From an uncultured Thermoleophilia bacterium (lineage in GTDB: Bacteria > Actinomycetota > Thermoleophilia > Gaiellales > Gaiellaceae): a stretch of 64,000 nucleotides of DNA. The notes under the pieces are model-generated. The model was not told the origin of the DNA, made no database searches, and saw only the letters and a list, made by a program, of their open reading frames with translations. The translations under genes were made by a program, and so were the position numbers. Positions 1 through 14,033 of the stretch are shown here, in pieces. The stretch spans positions 344,831 to 408,830 of the forward strand of contig CAWJZQ010000030.1 in assembly GCA_963847415.1 (NCBI GenBank). The letters are read 5' to 3'. Each line of letters opens with the position of its first letter. Position 1 is the stretch's first letter.

Positions 1-624
1 CTCGGTCTTCTTCGGGATCCTGCCGCCGATGCCGACCGTCACGACGCAGACGTTCTACGGCGACGTCCAGAACATCGCCTCCGGGATGATCCCGCGCGTC
101 TACGGCCGCTCCTACGCGATCGAGGCGGAGCTGTCGGTTCCCGACGGCGGCGCCGAGGGCGTGATCGTCGCCGAGGCGGACGAGATGGGCGGCTTCTCGC
201 TCTGGGTCGACGAGAACGGGCTGCTGCACCACAGCTACTCGATGATGGGCGTCGAGCACTACAAGCAGGTCTCGACGCAGCCGATCCCGACCGGCGAGGT
301 GACCGTGCGCATGCAGTTCGACGCCGACCGGCAGGAGCGCTCGGCCGGCGGAACGGTCTCGCTCTACGCGAACGACGAGAAGATCGGCGAGGGGCGGATG
401 GAGAAGACCGTGTTCTTCCGCTTCTCCGGCTACGCCGGCATGGACATCGGCCGCGACAACGGCCTGGTCGTCGACCGCGCCTACGCAGGACAAGGCGCCG
501 TACGCGTTCACCGGGCACGGTGAAGAAGGTCGTCTTCGACCTCAAGCCGGGGACGCACGAGGACGAGAAGGCGCTGCACGAGGCGACGGCGCACGTCGCG
601 ACGGCGCACGGCATCAGCGCATAA
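1..624 (+). CDS. arylsulfatase, C-terminal part (5' end outside window; two local 1-nt frame changes near 490-515)
   Basis: The ORF frame from the window start reads ...GRSYAIEAELSVPDGGAEGVIVAEADEMGGFSLWVDENGLLHHSY...FSGYAGMDIGRDNGLVVDRAY. After the frame changes it continues KAPYAFTGTVKKVVFDLKPGTHEDEKALHEA, the conserved C-terminal tail of bacterial arylsulfatases. Stop TAA 622-624. Confidence 0.6.
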   Translation, partial: LGLLRDPAADADRHDADVLRRRPEHRLRDDPARLRPLLRDRGGAVGSRRRRRGRDRRRGGRDGRLLALGRRERAAAPQLLDDGRRALQAGLDAADPDRRGDRAHAVRRRPAGALGRRNGLALRERREDRRGADGEDRVLPLLRLRRHGHRPRQRPGRRPRLRRTRRRTRSPGTVKKVVFDLKPGTHEDEKALHEATAHVATAHGISA

Positions 625-703
625 CGCGGGTTCTCGAGAAGACGATCAGGCTTGCGAATGCAGCGAACGCGGAGGCAGGCCCACCGGAGCGGAAGGAAGA
701 GCC

Positions 704-2201
704 ATGAGCAGCGCGGAAACCGACAACCCGACCGCAATCGCGACCGGTCAAAGCAGCCGAGCCGGACGGAGGGCGCCAGCCCGAGCCTGCGCGGGTCCCT
801 CACCTGACGCTGGACGAGCGCGCGGCGCGCGGGAAGGCCGCGCGCGCGGAGGTTCCCCGCTCGCGTCACGCCGAGTGGGAGCCGCCGCCGCACCGGCCCG
901 ACCCGGTCGAGCTGCTCGAGGAGCAGGCGGAGACCCGGGTGCCCGAGCTGGTGCCGATCCGCTACGGGCGGATGCTCGTCTCGCCGTTCACGTTCTACCG
1001 CGGCGCGGCGTGCGCTGATGGCGGCCGATCTCGCGGGCACGCCGCGCACGGGCCTGCACGTGCAGCTCTGCGGCGACGCGCACCTCTCCAACTTCGGCGC
1101 GTTCGCCGCGCCCGACCGGCGGCTCGTCTTCGACATCAACGACTTCGACGAGACGCTCCCGGGCCCGTTCGAGTGGGACGTGAAGCGGCTGGCCGCGAGC
1201 TTCGCCGTCGCCGGCCGCGACCGCGGCTTCGCCGCCGACGCAGCGCGCCAGCGATCAACGCGACCGTCGCCCGCGCCTACCGCGAGGCGATGCGCGAGTT
1301 CGCGGCGCATGCGCAACCTCGACCTCTGGTACGCGCGGCTCGACGTCGAGGAGTCTTCGCGCGCAGTTCACGCTGCAGGTCGACGCGCCAAGCAGCGCAA
1401 GCGCGTTCGAGAAGAACCTGGCGCAAGGCGCGCACGAAGGACAGCCTGAAGGCGTTCGACAAGCTGACCGCAGGTCGTCGACGGCGAGCCGCGGATCGTC
1501 AGCGACCCGCCGCTGCATCGTGCCCGTCGAGGAGCTCGTCGAGCCGAGTCAGGCGGCCGGCGTCCAGCGAGGCGTTCGCAGGTCTGATCCGCTCGTACCG
1601 GCGGACGCTGGCCGGCGACCGCCGGCAGCTGCTCGAGCGCTTCCGCTACGTCGACGCCGCGCGCAAGGTCGTCGGCGTCGGCAGCGTCGGCACGCGCGCC
1701 TGGATCGTGCTGATGCTCGGCCGCGACGACGACGACCCGCTGTTCCTGCAGGTCAAGGAGGCGCAGGCGTCGGTGCTCGAGCCGTACCTCGGCAAGAGCG
1801 AGTTCGCCAACCACGGCCAGCGGGTCGTCGAGGGCCAGCGGCTGATGCAGGCGGCGAGCGACATCATGCTCGGCTGGCTCCGCACGACCGGCCTCGACGG
1901 CGTCGAGCGCGACTTCTACGTCCGCCAGCTCTGGGACGGGAAGGGCTCGGCGCTCGTCGAGCTGATGGAGCCGAAGCATGCTGGCGATCTACGCGCAGCT
2001 CTGCGGCTGGACGCTCGCGCGGGCGCACGCGCGCTCCGGCGACGCCGATCGCGATCGCGAGCTACCTCGGCACGAGCGAAGCGTTCGACCGCGCGATCGC
2101 CGCGTTCGCCGAGAGCGTACGCCGACCAGAACGAGCGCGACTACGACGCGCTGAAGCAGGCCGTCGCCTCCGGGCGCGTCGCCGCCGCGCCCGGCCTCTA
2201 G
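704..2201 (+). CDS. DUF2252 domain-containing protein (reading frame broken several times as assembled)
   Basis: RBS GGAAGGA precedes ATG 704. Pieces in three frames read ERAARGKAARAEVPRSRHAEW, VPELVPIRYGRMLVSPFTFYRGAA, LCGDAHLSNFGAFAAPDRRLVFDINDFDETLPGPFEWDVKRLAAS, VGVGSVGTRAWIVLMLGRDDDDPLFLQVKEAQASVLEPY and YADQNERDYDALKQAV. Stop at 2199-2201. Confidence 0.7.
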
Positions 2202-2278
2202 GGGCGATCGACGGACTGACGACATCGCGCAGCGCCTCGACCGGCTCGAGCGAGTGCTCCGCGCCTGACGCGAGACGT

Positions 2279-3657
2279 TCAGCCCGCCGGTGAAGCAGCG
2301 GCCGGAGCGTGCTCTGCATGTACCTGCTCGCGGGCAACGTCGACGCGGGCGTCGACGAATGCGGTCAGCGCCTCGCTCGTGAGGTAGGCGACGGCGACCG
2401 CGACGACGATCAGCGGGGCGACCGCAAGCCCGGCTTTGGCCGAGAGCAGCGAGGCGATCATGACGGAGGCGAGCGGGAGCCGGAGGACGGAGACGCAGGC
2501 GGCGCCGATCGAGCGCCGCGACCGCCTGCGTCTCGGCATAGCCGGGCAGGTGCTGGGCCATAGCCCGGCGACGACGCCGAGGAAGAGCGCCGGGAAGGTC
2601 GGGCCGCCGCGGAAGTTCCCGAGCGAGATCGACCAGGCGAGCCCCTTGAACAGGAGCAGCAGCGCGAGGGTCGAGAGCGAGACGGTCGCCGCCTGCCCGA
2701 AGAGCGAGCCGAAGGCCTCCTGGCCCGAGAAGAGCACGGCGTCGGGCGACTTGTCGGTCGCTTCGGCGAAGGCGATCGCGAGACCGCCGACGGCGAGCCC
2801 GGCCGCGATCGTGAGCGGGAACGGGTCGCTGGTCGACGACTCGCTTCGCCCAGCGGGCGAGCTCCATGATCGCGAAGACGACGACGGCGGTCGCGACGGC
2901 GAGCACGATCGTCCAGCCGAAGTCGCCCCAGCCTGGGCCGCCGAACGGCGGCAGCGGGAACGGGCTCAACGACCAGGCGGCGGTGCTGAGGCCCGAGAAC
3001 GAGCCCAGCCCGATGAAGACCAGCGAGCCGATGCCGGCGGCCAGCAGACCGGGCAGGAGCACGAGCGGCAGGGTGGCGCCGCCGAGCCCCGTCGCCTCGA
3101 TCACCAGCACGGCGCCGATCACCGGCGAGCCGAAGATCGACGAGACCGCGGCGAAGCTGCCCGCGGCGGCCATCAGCCCGACCGCCTGGTCGGGCGCGTC
3201 CCGCTTGACCAGCCGCATCGCGAGCGTCCCGAGCCCGAGGCCGAGCGCGATCAGCGGGCCTTCCGGTCCGAGCACGAGCCCGAAGCCCGAGCGTCGCGAG
3301 CGCCGCCAGCAGCACGCCCGGCAGGTCGATCGGACGGGTCGGCGGGCCGCCCGCCTTGAGCCCGTCGGCGGGCACATGACCGCCGTGCCCGGGCAGGCGC
3401 ACGACCGCGAACGCCGTCAGCAGCCCCGCGAGCGCCACCCACGGAAGCGGCCACCAGACCGGCACCGCGTGGTAGCCGAGCTCGTCCGGCAGATCCTCGT
3501 ACACCCACACCTGGAGCTCGTGAACCCCCTCCAGGAAGCACCACGACGCGGCCGAGACCACCAGCCCGACCAACGCCGCGAGCACGAGCAGGACGCGGTA
3601 CTGCCGGCTGCGGATCAGGGCGGCAGGATCCAGCCCAGACGAAGGCGGATCGGTCAC
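2279..3657 (-). CDS. ClC family chloride channel / H+-Cl- antiporter (frame broken about twice)
   Basis: Three minus-strand ORF pieces (from 3657, 3377 and 2737) join into one polytopic membrane protein. It carries the ClC signatures GLVLGPEGPLIALG (GxEGP) and IFGSPVIGAVLVIE. Confidence 0.75.
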
Positions 3658-3670
3658 TAGGTGAGCCTAA

Positions 3671-5783
<2,113 letters not shown>

Positions 5784-5813
5784 GCTCGGCGACCGGTACA
5801 TTCGCGGTCGATT

Positions 5814-5855
5814 GGAAGCTTGCGCGGGTTCGATTCTCGCCGCCTCCATTTTCCG
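5814..5855 (+). repeat. tRNA/tmRNA 3'-end-like fragment, copy 2
   Basis: The sequence ggaagCTTGCGCGGGTTCGATTCTCGCCGCCTCCAttttccg starts 31 nt after the VAO stop. Similarity to copy 1 extends past the discriminator position. There is no 5' half of a tRNA upstream, because the VAO CDS ends at 5783. Confidence 0.6.
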
Positions 5856-6258
5856 TTCAACGGTGCGGGGTTCACGGGTCCCCGTGGGGAACGATTCCGT
5901 CGCCCATGTCGTCGAGCGACGGGTGCGCTCTTGTTGACCCGTTCCAGGAACAGCTCCAGGAGCTCCGTGCCCGGGATGGAATCTGTTTTGGCGAAAGTCG
6001 TCATCGGCGCCGCGAGCAGAAACGGCGCGAGCAGAACGGCGACGTTGAACTCGGCTGACCGGATCTCCGAGCCATCAGTGGGTGCCTGAGCAACCGATAA
6101 CTGCGGTCGCAAAGCAGCCAGAGATTCTCAAACGGTCTTAAACACACCGGGTCGGGTGTGTTAGCGTCGCAAATAGGGAGCGTGCCAACTGGCTGTGGTA
6201 GAGGACCGAAGCGCGCACGCGCACCTCGCCCCACAACGGCAGAGGCAGGGAGGTAGCG

Positions 6259-8646
6259 ATGTCGCGATTTCGGGTGGGACTCGCCGTAATGGCGATGATC
6301 TTCGTTGCTGCTGTACCCGTGGTCGTCTTGGGGGGTGGGGTGGCTGCCGCTGCTCCCTCAACGCTGGGACCGTGCGTGGGTGATCTGACCGGGGGCACAT
6401 TCACTTTGGCCGGCCCGTGCGATACGACTGTCGCGATGTTGGTTCCAGCGGCGTCACCACCGTCGACGGCGGCAACTCCATCATCACCGCTCACGACGCC
6501 GCCCCTCGATCCTTTGTGGCGGGGTGCTGACCATACGCTCCGCGATGCAGTCGGTGGCCATCCAGAACCTGACGATCCGAGGCACGGGATTCGTGCTCGC
6601 ACATGGATGCGGAGAGGGAACTTGTTCGGCATTTGGTTCAACGATGCCAGCGGCTCGGTGACCAACGTGACGGTCGACGCGATAACAGAGAACAGCGGCT
6701 GTAACCCGACGACGGGGATCGCCATCCGGGCCGACGGCGTGACCGCGCCCCGCACGGTCACGATCACCAACACGACGGTCACGAACTACCAGCGGAACGG
6801 GATCGACGCTCGTGGTTCATGACCATGAACATCTCCGGCAGCACGGTGCACCCGAAGAACGGGAGCGGGGTCGAACGCTCAGAACGGGGTCGTGTACGCC
6901 GAGCGATTCGGCGTCGCCGAGCGGGTCGGTTACTGGCAGCACGATCTTCGGCATCGGCGACGTTCCACAGCTGCCCACCCCCGAGACCTGCCGTCCAACC
7001 GGCAATCCTTGTGGCCGGAGCCACCAACGTCACCATCACGAACAACACCCTGACCAGTGACCCGGACCACGCGTTCGGACCCGACGGGGGGTGATCGTGA
7101 TGGGCGGCGACCAAACGATCACTGGCACCGGCACCCCCAGCACGGGCATCGTCATCAGCTACAACCACATCGAGCGTGCCCACCCCGATGGTGACGATCC
7201 CAACGGCTTTGGGGTATGGGTGGTCCCGAACCAGCAGGCGACGTTGATCTGCAACACCTTCAGCGGCTGGAAGACCAACATCGTGGGCGCGATACAGATC
7301 TCCTGTACGCCGCTGCCCAACGGCACCGAGTGCTCGCCCTACTCGGCCAGCTCCTCAGCGTCGAGGGTGGCACCGCGCCGTTTACCTGGTCGGTCGTCGC
7401 GGGACCCTGCCGCCGGGCCTGACCCTCGCACCCTCGGCTGGGGCGATCACCGGAACCCCGACCGCAGCGGGGACTTTCGACTTCACCCTGAAGGTGGTTG
7501 ATTCGACACCGCCTTGACCGCCACACAGGCCCAGACCATCACGATCGCTCCCGATTGTGCCCCGCCGCAGGCGCCGGCGCAGCCGCATCTGCGCAAGCTG
7601 GTCGTGAACGACAACGGCGGAACCGCGGTGGCGACGGCGTGGACGCTGTCAGCGGCCGGGCCGACGCCGCTGTCGGGGACGACGCCGGTGGACAGCGGCG
7701 CCACGTTCGGCGCCGGCACCTACGCGTTGTCGGAGTCGGGGCCGGCCAACGTACACGGCGAGTGCGTGGTCGTGTGTTGGTGGTACCCAGTCGGGCAGCA
7801 ACATCACGGTTGGCCTGGGCGAGTCGGCGACGTGCACGATCACCAACAACGACAACGCGCCCCCTCCGCCAACGACGACGACGACGACGACGCCGGCTCC
7901 GCCCGAGAACTCGACCGTCCGCGTCGTCAAGCGCTGGGTGCGTGGCCCGAGCGTCACCACGATCTTCGTCGACCGCGACGGACTGCCTCCCGTTCGATGC
8001 GTCCGTGCGTGCGGATTCGACCGGCGACGGGACGCATCTCGTCGTTCCGGTCTCGACCGTCGTGAGGGTCGGCGAGGTCAGGGTGCCGACGGGCTACACG
8101 GCCACGATCAACTGCGGTGCAGGTCGGGGGATTTACCACGGGGGCCCGTTCCCCGTAACGAGCCCCGCCCACAGCGGGCGCGACGCGCACCTGCACGATC
8201 GTGAACACGGAGCCGCGGGCGGTGCTCGCCGTCGTCAAGACTTTCCGGCGCCACACGATCCGCGCCGGGCAAGCCGTCGACTTCACGATCAGCGTCCGGA
8301 ACATCGGGCTCGGGATGGCCAGAAACGTGGCCGTCTGCACCGGCTCCCGGGCGGGCTGGTCTTCACCCGTGCACCGCGCGCGCGCTTCGTCAAGGGCGAC
8401 GCCTGTTGGCGCATCGCGCGCCTCGGACCGGGCGAGCGGACGTTCTTCGCCGTCCGTGTCAGGCCCTCCGCGAACAGGAGCAAGGTGTTCGTGAACATCG
8501 TCACGGTGGCCGGCGTGAACGCCACCTGCAACGGTCGCATAGCTCTCTCCGCACGAAAAGGTGGGAGCAACGTGCAAGGCGCGCGCCGAACTCACCGTCG
8601 TCAAGGCGGCGGTCAAGGCTCGTGCGGGGGCGGGGTCAGGGGCTAG
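6259..8646 (+). CDS. secreted multidomain surface protein (signal peptide, right-handed beta-helix-like region, putative-Ig LPPGL/TGTP module, Thr/Pro linker, DUF11-type repeat; many frame changes)
   Basis: N-terminus MSRFRVGLAVMAMIFVAAVPVVVLGGGVAAAAP. Beta-helix-type repeats read ITNTTVTNYQRNGIDARG and IVISYNHIE. FTWSVVAGPLPPGLTLAPSAGAITGTPTAAGTFDFTLKVVD is the Ig-like motif. A TTTTTTTPAPP linker follows. The DUF11-like part reads LAVVKTFRRHTIRAGQAVDFTISVRNIGLGMARNVAV...RLGPGERTFFAVRVRPS. The 3' boundary is uncertain. Confidence 0.5.
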
Positions 8647-9349
8647 CGTCCTCGCGGCCGTCGCCGTCGCGCTCACGCTCACGGGCACGGTCGACGCCAA
8701 TCCGGCGACACCGGCCGCGCCGACCCTCGTGAGGCCTGGATCGCCCGCATCGTCGACCGAACGGTCGCTCGAGCTCGGCCGGGAGGACCCATCATCGACA
8801 GCGTCGGCACGCGGGCCCGCTGGAACGGCGGCCCCGTCGGCCTGCTCGTGCTCGGCACGGCCACCGACCGTCACGGGAGCCTCTGGCTGAGAGTGCGACT
8901 GCCCAGAAGGCCGACTCGAGCAAGCGGATGGATTCGTTCCGACTTCGCCCAGTTGACTCCGACCGGGTACCGCATCGCCGTGTCAGGTCGCCACAGGACG
9001 GTACGTCTGCTTTATCGAGGACGTGTGATACGGCGCTACGGCGCGGTCGTCGGCCGGCCCGGCCTCGAGACGCCACGCGGCCTCTTCTCTCGTCAGCGAG
9101 CGTGTGCCGCAACCCGACCCACACGGCTTCCTCGGCCCCTGGGCGCTCCTCCTGACGGCCTTCTCACCAACGCTGACGAGCTTCGGCGGCGGCCCGGGGC
9201 AGATCGCACTGCACGGACGCGACGGCTCCAGCCTGTCCGATCCGCTGGGCAGCGCCCGCTCCCACGGCTGCATCCGGATCCCGAACATCGGCATCGGTCT
9301 GCTCGCGCGGGTCGCGCGCGAAGGCACGCCGGTTGACGTCTTCCAGTAG
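8561..9349 (+). CDS. L,D-transpeptidase (YkuD family; about two frame changes)
   Basis: Signal-like ASVLAAVAVALTLTGTVDA. Then LLVLGTATDRHGSLWLRVRLPRRP..GWIRSDFAQLTPTGYRIAVSGRHRTVRLLYRGRVIRRYGAVVGRPGLETPRGLF, and the catalytic motif GSARSHGCIRIPN. Stop at 9347-9349. The start is uncertain. Confidence 0.65.
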
Positions 9350-9498
9350 CGCTGTCGGCGTGGTGCCGGCAGTCGCATAGCGCGCACCGTCGCCTGGTAC
9401 CGCGCGCGCGGCCGCCCTGCGCGGTCGGCACCGCTTCCGCTTCGACTTCGCTGCGATCCACGCGAGCGTCTTGCCGCTCGCGTCGAAACGCCCGTGAT

Positions 9499-9526
9499 TT
9501 GCGTTTTCGATATTTGGCTCTACTAT
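9499..9526 (+). promoter_or_regulatory. candidate sigma-70-type promoter for the M6 protease gene (TTGCGT-16 nt-TACTAT)
   Basis: An AT-enriched patch in an otherwise GC-rich intergenic region. The -35-like TTGCGT is at 9499-9504 and the -10-like TACTAT at 9521-9526, about 57 nt upstream of ATG 9583. Confidence 0.35.
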
Positions 9527-9582
9527 GCGTGCGCGCCACCGGCAGGCGGGGCGCTTACGGGGACCAAGGGGGATTTTCTCGA

Positions 9583-12017
9583 ATGAACTATCTGCTGCGC
9601 GCCGTGGGCGCGCTGACGGTTGTGCTGTGCGTTTTCGCGGCCTCGGCGAGTGCCGGGTCCGGGGTCGACAGCGCCTCCGATACCGCGATCTTCGCCAAGG
9701 GCACGGGAGACGACTTCCGCAGCCCGGAGTCGAAGCGCTACGACGCCGCGCTCCAGCAGGGCCTTCAGGCCAAGCTCGAGGGCAAGGCGAAGGGGAAGGT
9801 GCATCGCGTCGCCAACGGGCAGTACGTCCAGCTCGAGCGCACGGGCACCGACCGGATCTTCGTGATCCTGGTCGAGTTCGGGAACGAGCGCTACCCGAAC
9901 CCGCTGTTCGCGGACGACGCCAAGGACGCGGCCGGAAAGCCGCTCTCGACCGCGAAGGTGTTCGACGGGCCGCTACGCAACAGCATCCCGCAGCCGAACC
10001 GCGCCGTCGACAACTCGACGCTCTGGCAGGCGGACTTCAACCAGCCGCATTACCAGGACATGTACTTCAACCGGATGGCGCGCTACTACGAGCGGCAGTC
10101 GTCCAACCGCTACTCCGTCGCCGGTGACGTCACGGCGTGGGTGAAGGTGCCGTTCAACGAGGCGCTCTACGGCCGGAACTACTGCGGCAGCATCGTCTGC
10201 CCGACGTCGCGGGCGCTCGTTCGCGACGCGCTCGCCGTCTGGGTGCAGCAGCAGCTCGACAGCGGCAAGACGCTGGCCGAGATCACCGCGTACCTGAAGA
10301 CGTTCGACAACCAGGACCGCTACGACATCGACGGGGACGGCAACTTCAACGAGCCCGACGGCTTCATCGACCACTTCCAGATCGTGCACGCCGGCGGCGA
10401 CGAGGCCGCCTCCGACCCGCGGCAGGGCACGGACGCGATCTGGAGCCACCGCTCGTTTGCCAACCTCCAGGCCGGCGGCCCGGGCGGGCTCGCGGGCGTG
10501 AACGTCGGCTCCCGCGGCGGGCTCGTCTCCAGCGCGCTGATCCCGAACAACCCGACCGGGCATCTGGGTCCGCGACTACACCATGCAGCCGGAGAACGGC
10601 GGCCTCGGGGTCTTCGCGCACGAGTTCGGCCACGACCTCGGTCTGCCCGACCTGTACGACACGTCCGGCAACACGGGCGGCGCCGAGAACAACACGACGT
10701 TCTGGACCCTGATGTCGTCGGGCGCGAACATCGGCGACGGCGGCCCGAACGGGATCGGCGACGCGCCGACCGACATGGGCGCGTGGGAGAAGTTCCAGCT
10801 CGGCTGGCTGGGCGGCCCCGACGATCCGCAGGGCCAGTACTACGAGGTCGCGAACTACGGCGAGAAGTCGCAGCACAAGCTCGGGCCGAACGACGCCGCG
10901 ACGAAGCAGGCCCAGGCGCTGATCGCGCTGCTGCCGGACAAGGCTCGGAACAACTTCGTCACGGCTCCGAAGACGGGTATCTACTCCTACTGGTCGGGCC
11001 GCGGCGACAACCTCAGCAACACGTCGACCAAGGCGTTCCAGATCCCGGCGGGCGCCACGCTGACTGCCGACCTCTGGTACGACACCGAGCCGCACTTCGA
11101 CTACTTCTTCATCGAGATGTCGTCCGACAACGGCACGACGTGGACTCCGATCAAGACGAACCTGTCGGAGCCGGCCTCGGCGGACCTCGGCGACTTCAAC
11201 GACAGCGGCACCGGCATCGCGGGCTCGAGCGGCGGCGCCTACAAGTCGCTCACGTCGACCTCGCCGCTCCCGTCGGGCAACGTCCTCGTCCGCCTGCGCT
11301 ACGAGACGGACGACGAACACCGGCGGAGCGGGTGTCGCGATCGACAACATCGCGATCACCGGCAACGAGGTCGACGGCGGCGAGACCGACGCGCAGGCGA
11401 ATGCGTGGACGAACGCAGGCTTCGCCCGGCTGAAGGACGGCGCCTTCACGACGATGCACTTCAACGCGTACATCGCCGAGAACCGGCAGTACGACAACTA
11501 CGACAAGTCGCTCGCATCGGCGTACAACTTCGGTTGGCGTGTCGACGGCGACCCGCTCTTCGACCACGTCGAGAGCTACCCGTTCCAGAACGGCCTGCTC
11601 GTCACGTACTGGGACACCTCGCAGGCGAACAACAACGTCGGCGACCACCCGGGCAGCGGGCTGATCCTGCCGGTCGACGCGCATCCGACGTGGGCGCACA
11701 GCTACGACGGCGGGCTCGCCCGGCCGCGCGTGCTCGCGTACGACTCGACCTTCGGGCTCGAGCCGACGGATCCGCTGACACTGCACAAGGACGGCAAGGC
11801 GTTCTCGATGCCGTCGCTGCCGGCCGTCCCGACGTTCAACGACCTGAACAGCTACTGGTCGAACACGGACGGCGACGGTGCCACGGGCACCCACGTCGGT
11901 CGCTACCAGCCCGGCTGGTACAGCGTGAACGTCCCGAAGACGGGGACGACGATCAGCGTGAAGAGCGTCAGCGCGCAGGGCGACTTCATGCAGGTCGCGG
12001 TGGCGCCGGCGAAGTAG
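9583..12017 (+). CDS. M6 family metalloprotease (immune inhibitor A-like), secreted (2-3 frame changes)
   Basis: Signal peptide MNYLLRAVGALTVVLCVFAASASA. Zinc motif VFAHEFGHDLGLPDLYD. Family-typical blocks include FVILVEFGNE, DGFIDHFQIVHAGGDEA, IWSHRS and MGAWEKFQLGWL. Stop at 12015-12017. Confidence 0.85.
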
Positions 12018-12043
12018 CCGGACGTCGCCGCTCGAAGCAACCG

Positions 12044-12069
12044 GAACGGGGGCCGCACGGCCCCCGTTC
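12044..12069. terminator. GC-rich hairpin between convergent genes (GAACGGGGGCC-GCAC-GGCCCCCGTTC)
   Basis: Perfect 11-bp stem 27 nt after the M6 protease stop. A second hairpin follows at 12085-12118. Confidence 0.6.
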
Positions 12070-12084
12070 TGCGTCTGAAACGCT

Positions 12085-12118
12085 GGTCGATCCCGACGGT
12101 ACCTCGCCGGGATCGACC
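12085..12118. terminator. second hairpin between convergent genes (GGTCGATCCCG...CGGGATCGACC)
   Basis: Perfect 11-bp stem followed by CTTCGTTTC. It lies 21 nt beyond the stop of the minus-strand gene ending at 12139. Confidence 0.5.
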
Positions 12119-12138
12119 CTTCGTTTCAACAGGTCGCT

Positions 12139-12459
12139 CTACTCGCCCGTCGCCTTCGTGGGGTTGCAGGCGATGCCCGGATTGAGCCCGATCGACGTCA
12201 GAAATGCCCTGACGTCCTGCGGGATCTGGCCCCAGGACTGCGTGCGGCCCGGCTCGAAGTTCGGGTCGCTCGGATCGAGCAAGGCCTCCGGGTTCTGACC
12301 GGAGTACGCACAGGCCGACTTGCCGTGCAGCGGAGCTGCGTCGGACCCGTTGATGTACCTGCCGTTCCCGGTGGACTCACCGGCAAAAGCGGCGCCGGCG
12401 CCGACGACTGCGAGTGCAGCCGTGCACACACCGACCGCAACGCGCGATCTGATTCTCAT
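12139..12459 (-). CDS. small secreted protein, unknown function
   Basis: The internal start MRIRSRVAVGVCTAALAVVGAGAAFAGE gives a signal peptide. The mature part is about 80 aa with two Cys. I recognise no family. Confidence 0.45.
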   Translation of the reverse strand: MRIRSRVAVGVCTAALAVVGAGAAFAGESTGNGRYINGSDAAPLHGKSACAYSGQNPEALLDPSDPNFEPGRTQSWGQIPQDVRAFLTSIGLNPGIACNPTKATGE

Positions 12460-12579
12460 AGACCCATTCCCTTCTATTCCGCAGTGCGCCGAAAAACGGC
12501 GTGGACCCCGACTCTTACACCGAAGCAGCGCACGTCGTAGACCCAAACAGATCAAGACGGCTCCTTCGTTGCCGTCTGG

Positions 12580-14032
12580 TCAGCCGTCGACGACGAGACC
12601 GTCGATCGGCCCGAGAATCCTCCGTGTTCGCCTCGAGAGGTGCGGCAGACGTACGAGGCGGTGGGTGAATGGCAAGCCCTGTGAGCGACGCTCGAGCTGC
12701 TCGCTGCTGATTGGCTTCCAGAGCTCGTCGATCGCCCGGATCGGGTCCTCCGGGATCTCCTCCACCGGCAGCTCGAGATGCTCGGACCAAAGGCGCAGGC
12801 GCGTTTGTCGTGCGAGGCTCGGGTCATGGGCGACGATGTTCATCTCGGTGTCGTTGAAGAGCGAGTGCTCGTTGAGATTCGCGGAGCCCAGGGTCAGCCA
12901 GCGGTCGTCGACGACTGCGATCTTCGCGTGCACGTAGATCGGGTCGGCACGGGGGCCAGACCGGGCGCAGAGCGTGCAAGCGAGGACTCTCCCGTCCTCG
13001 CCGTCGGCGTCGATCAGCTCGGCAAGGACGCCGCGGCTGTCATCGGCGCCACTCTTTGGGGCGGCAGGCAGAACGAAGACGATCCGGAAGTCGGGAGTGG
13101 GCGGATCGAGCAGCTTCTCTCTGAGCAGCAGGGCGATTTCCGGTGACCAGAGAAACTGGTTCTCGATGTAGATGAATCGCTCCGCGTGGCGCAGAGCTGC
13201 GGCGTAGGACTCCAGGATTCGAAAGTCGCCCCGCGGAACGGCGTCGTAGACGCGCTCCGGCACCGTGCGCACGATCTGAAGCTCGACGTCGCCGGCCGGT
13301 TGCGGCTTCGAGACGGGCGGGAGGCGCTCGCCTCCGACCTCGAGCCAACGCATGCGAAAGTGCTCGGCAACGTCACCGACGGCCGGGCCCTCGATGCGCG
13401 CCGTCGCGTCGTGCCAGCCGATCGAGCCGCGGGCAGGGTGGAGCTGCGAGTCGAACCGGTCGCCGGATTGCGTCGTGAGGTCGATGCCGCCGACGAAGGC
13501 CACGCGGTCGTCGATCACGATGGTCTTCTCGTGGTGGCAGTGCATCGGCCGCTCCTTCGAATCAAGCTCGCACTGGATGCGCGTCTGACTCGTCAGCTGC
13601 TCCCGCACGGCGCGCACCTCGCGGCGAGAAGGGCGAAAGAGCGGCAAGGGCGCTCCTGCCCAGAGCAACACCCGCACGTCGACGCGCTCGGCCAGTTCGC
13701 CGAGCAGGTGACGCAGGACGACGGGCTGGTCACCGCGAGCGAGGGCGAACTCCGGAGACAAGAACCAGTTGGTCATGTGGACATGGGAGCGAGCGGAGCT
13801 GCAGGTCGGCGGCGATCCGGGCGAACGCCTCGGCGCCGTCGATCAGGACGTCGACCGCGTTGCCCTGTCGCGGAGGTGGGGTGCCGGGGGCCCAGCCGGT
13901 CCCGGACGCGTCGAGCGCGTGCGCCCAGCCGACCCGCCGAAGTCGGCGTCGGTGGTGTCGACGGATCTGGTCGGAGATCGCCTCTCCCAACAGGCACTCC
14001 GCCGACAGGAGCGCCTCCCGGAACCGCGGCAT
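12580..14032 (-). CDS. phospholipase D-like / cardiolipin-synthase-like protein with two HKD motifs (one frame change near 13776)
   Basis: HKD 1 is HCHHEKTIVIDDRVAFVGGIDLT. HKD 2 is YVHAKIAVVDDRWLTLGSANLNEHS. The N-terminal piece (ORF 13730..14032) reads NAVDVLIDGAEAFARIAADL. Confidence 0.8.
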
Positions 14033-14033
14033 G

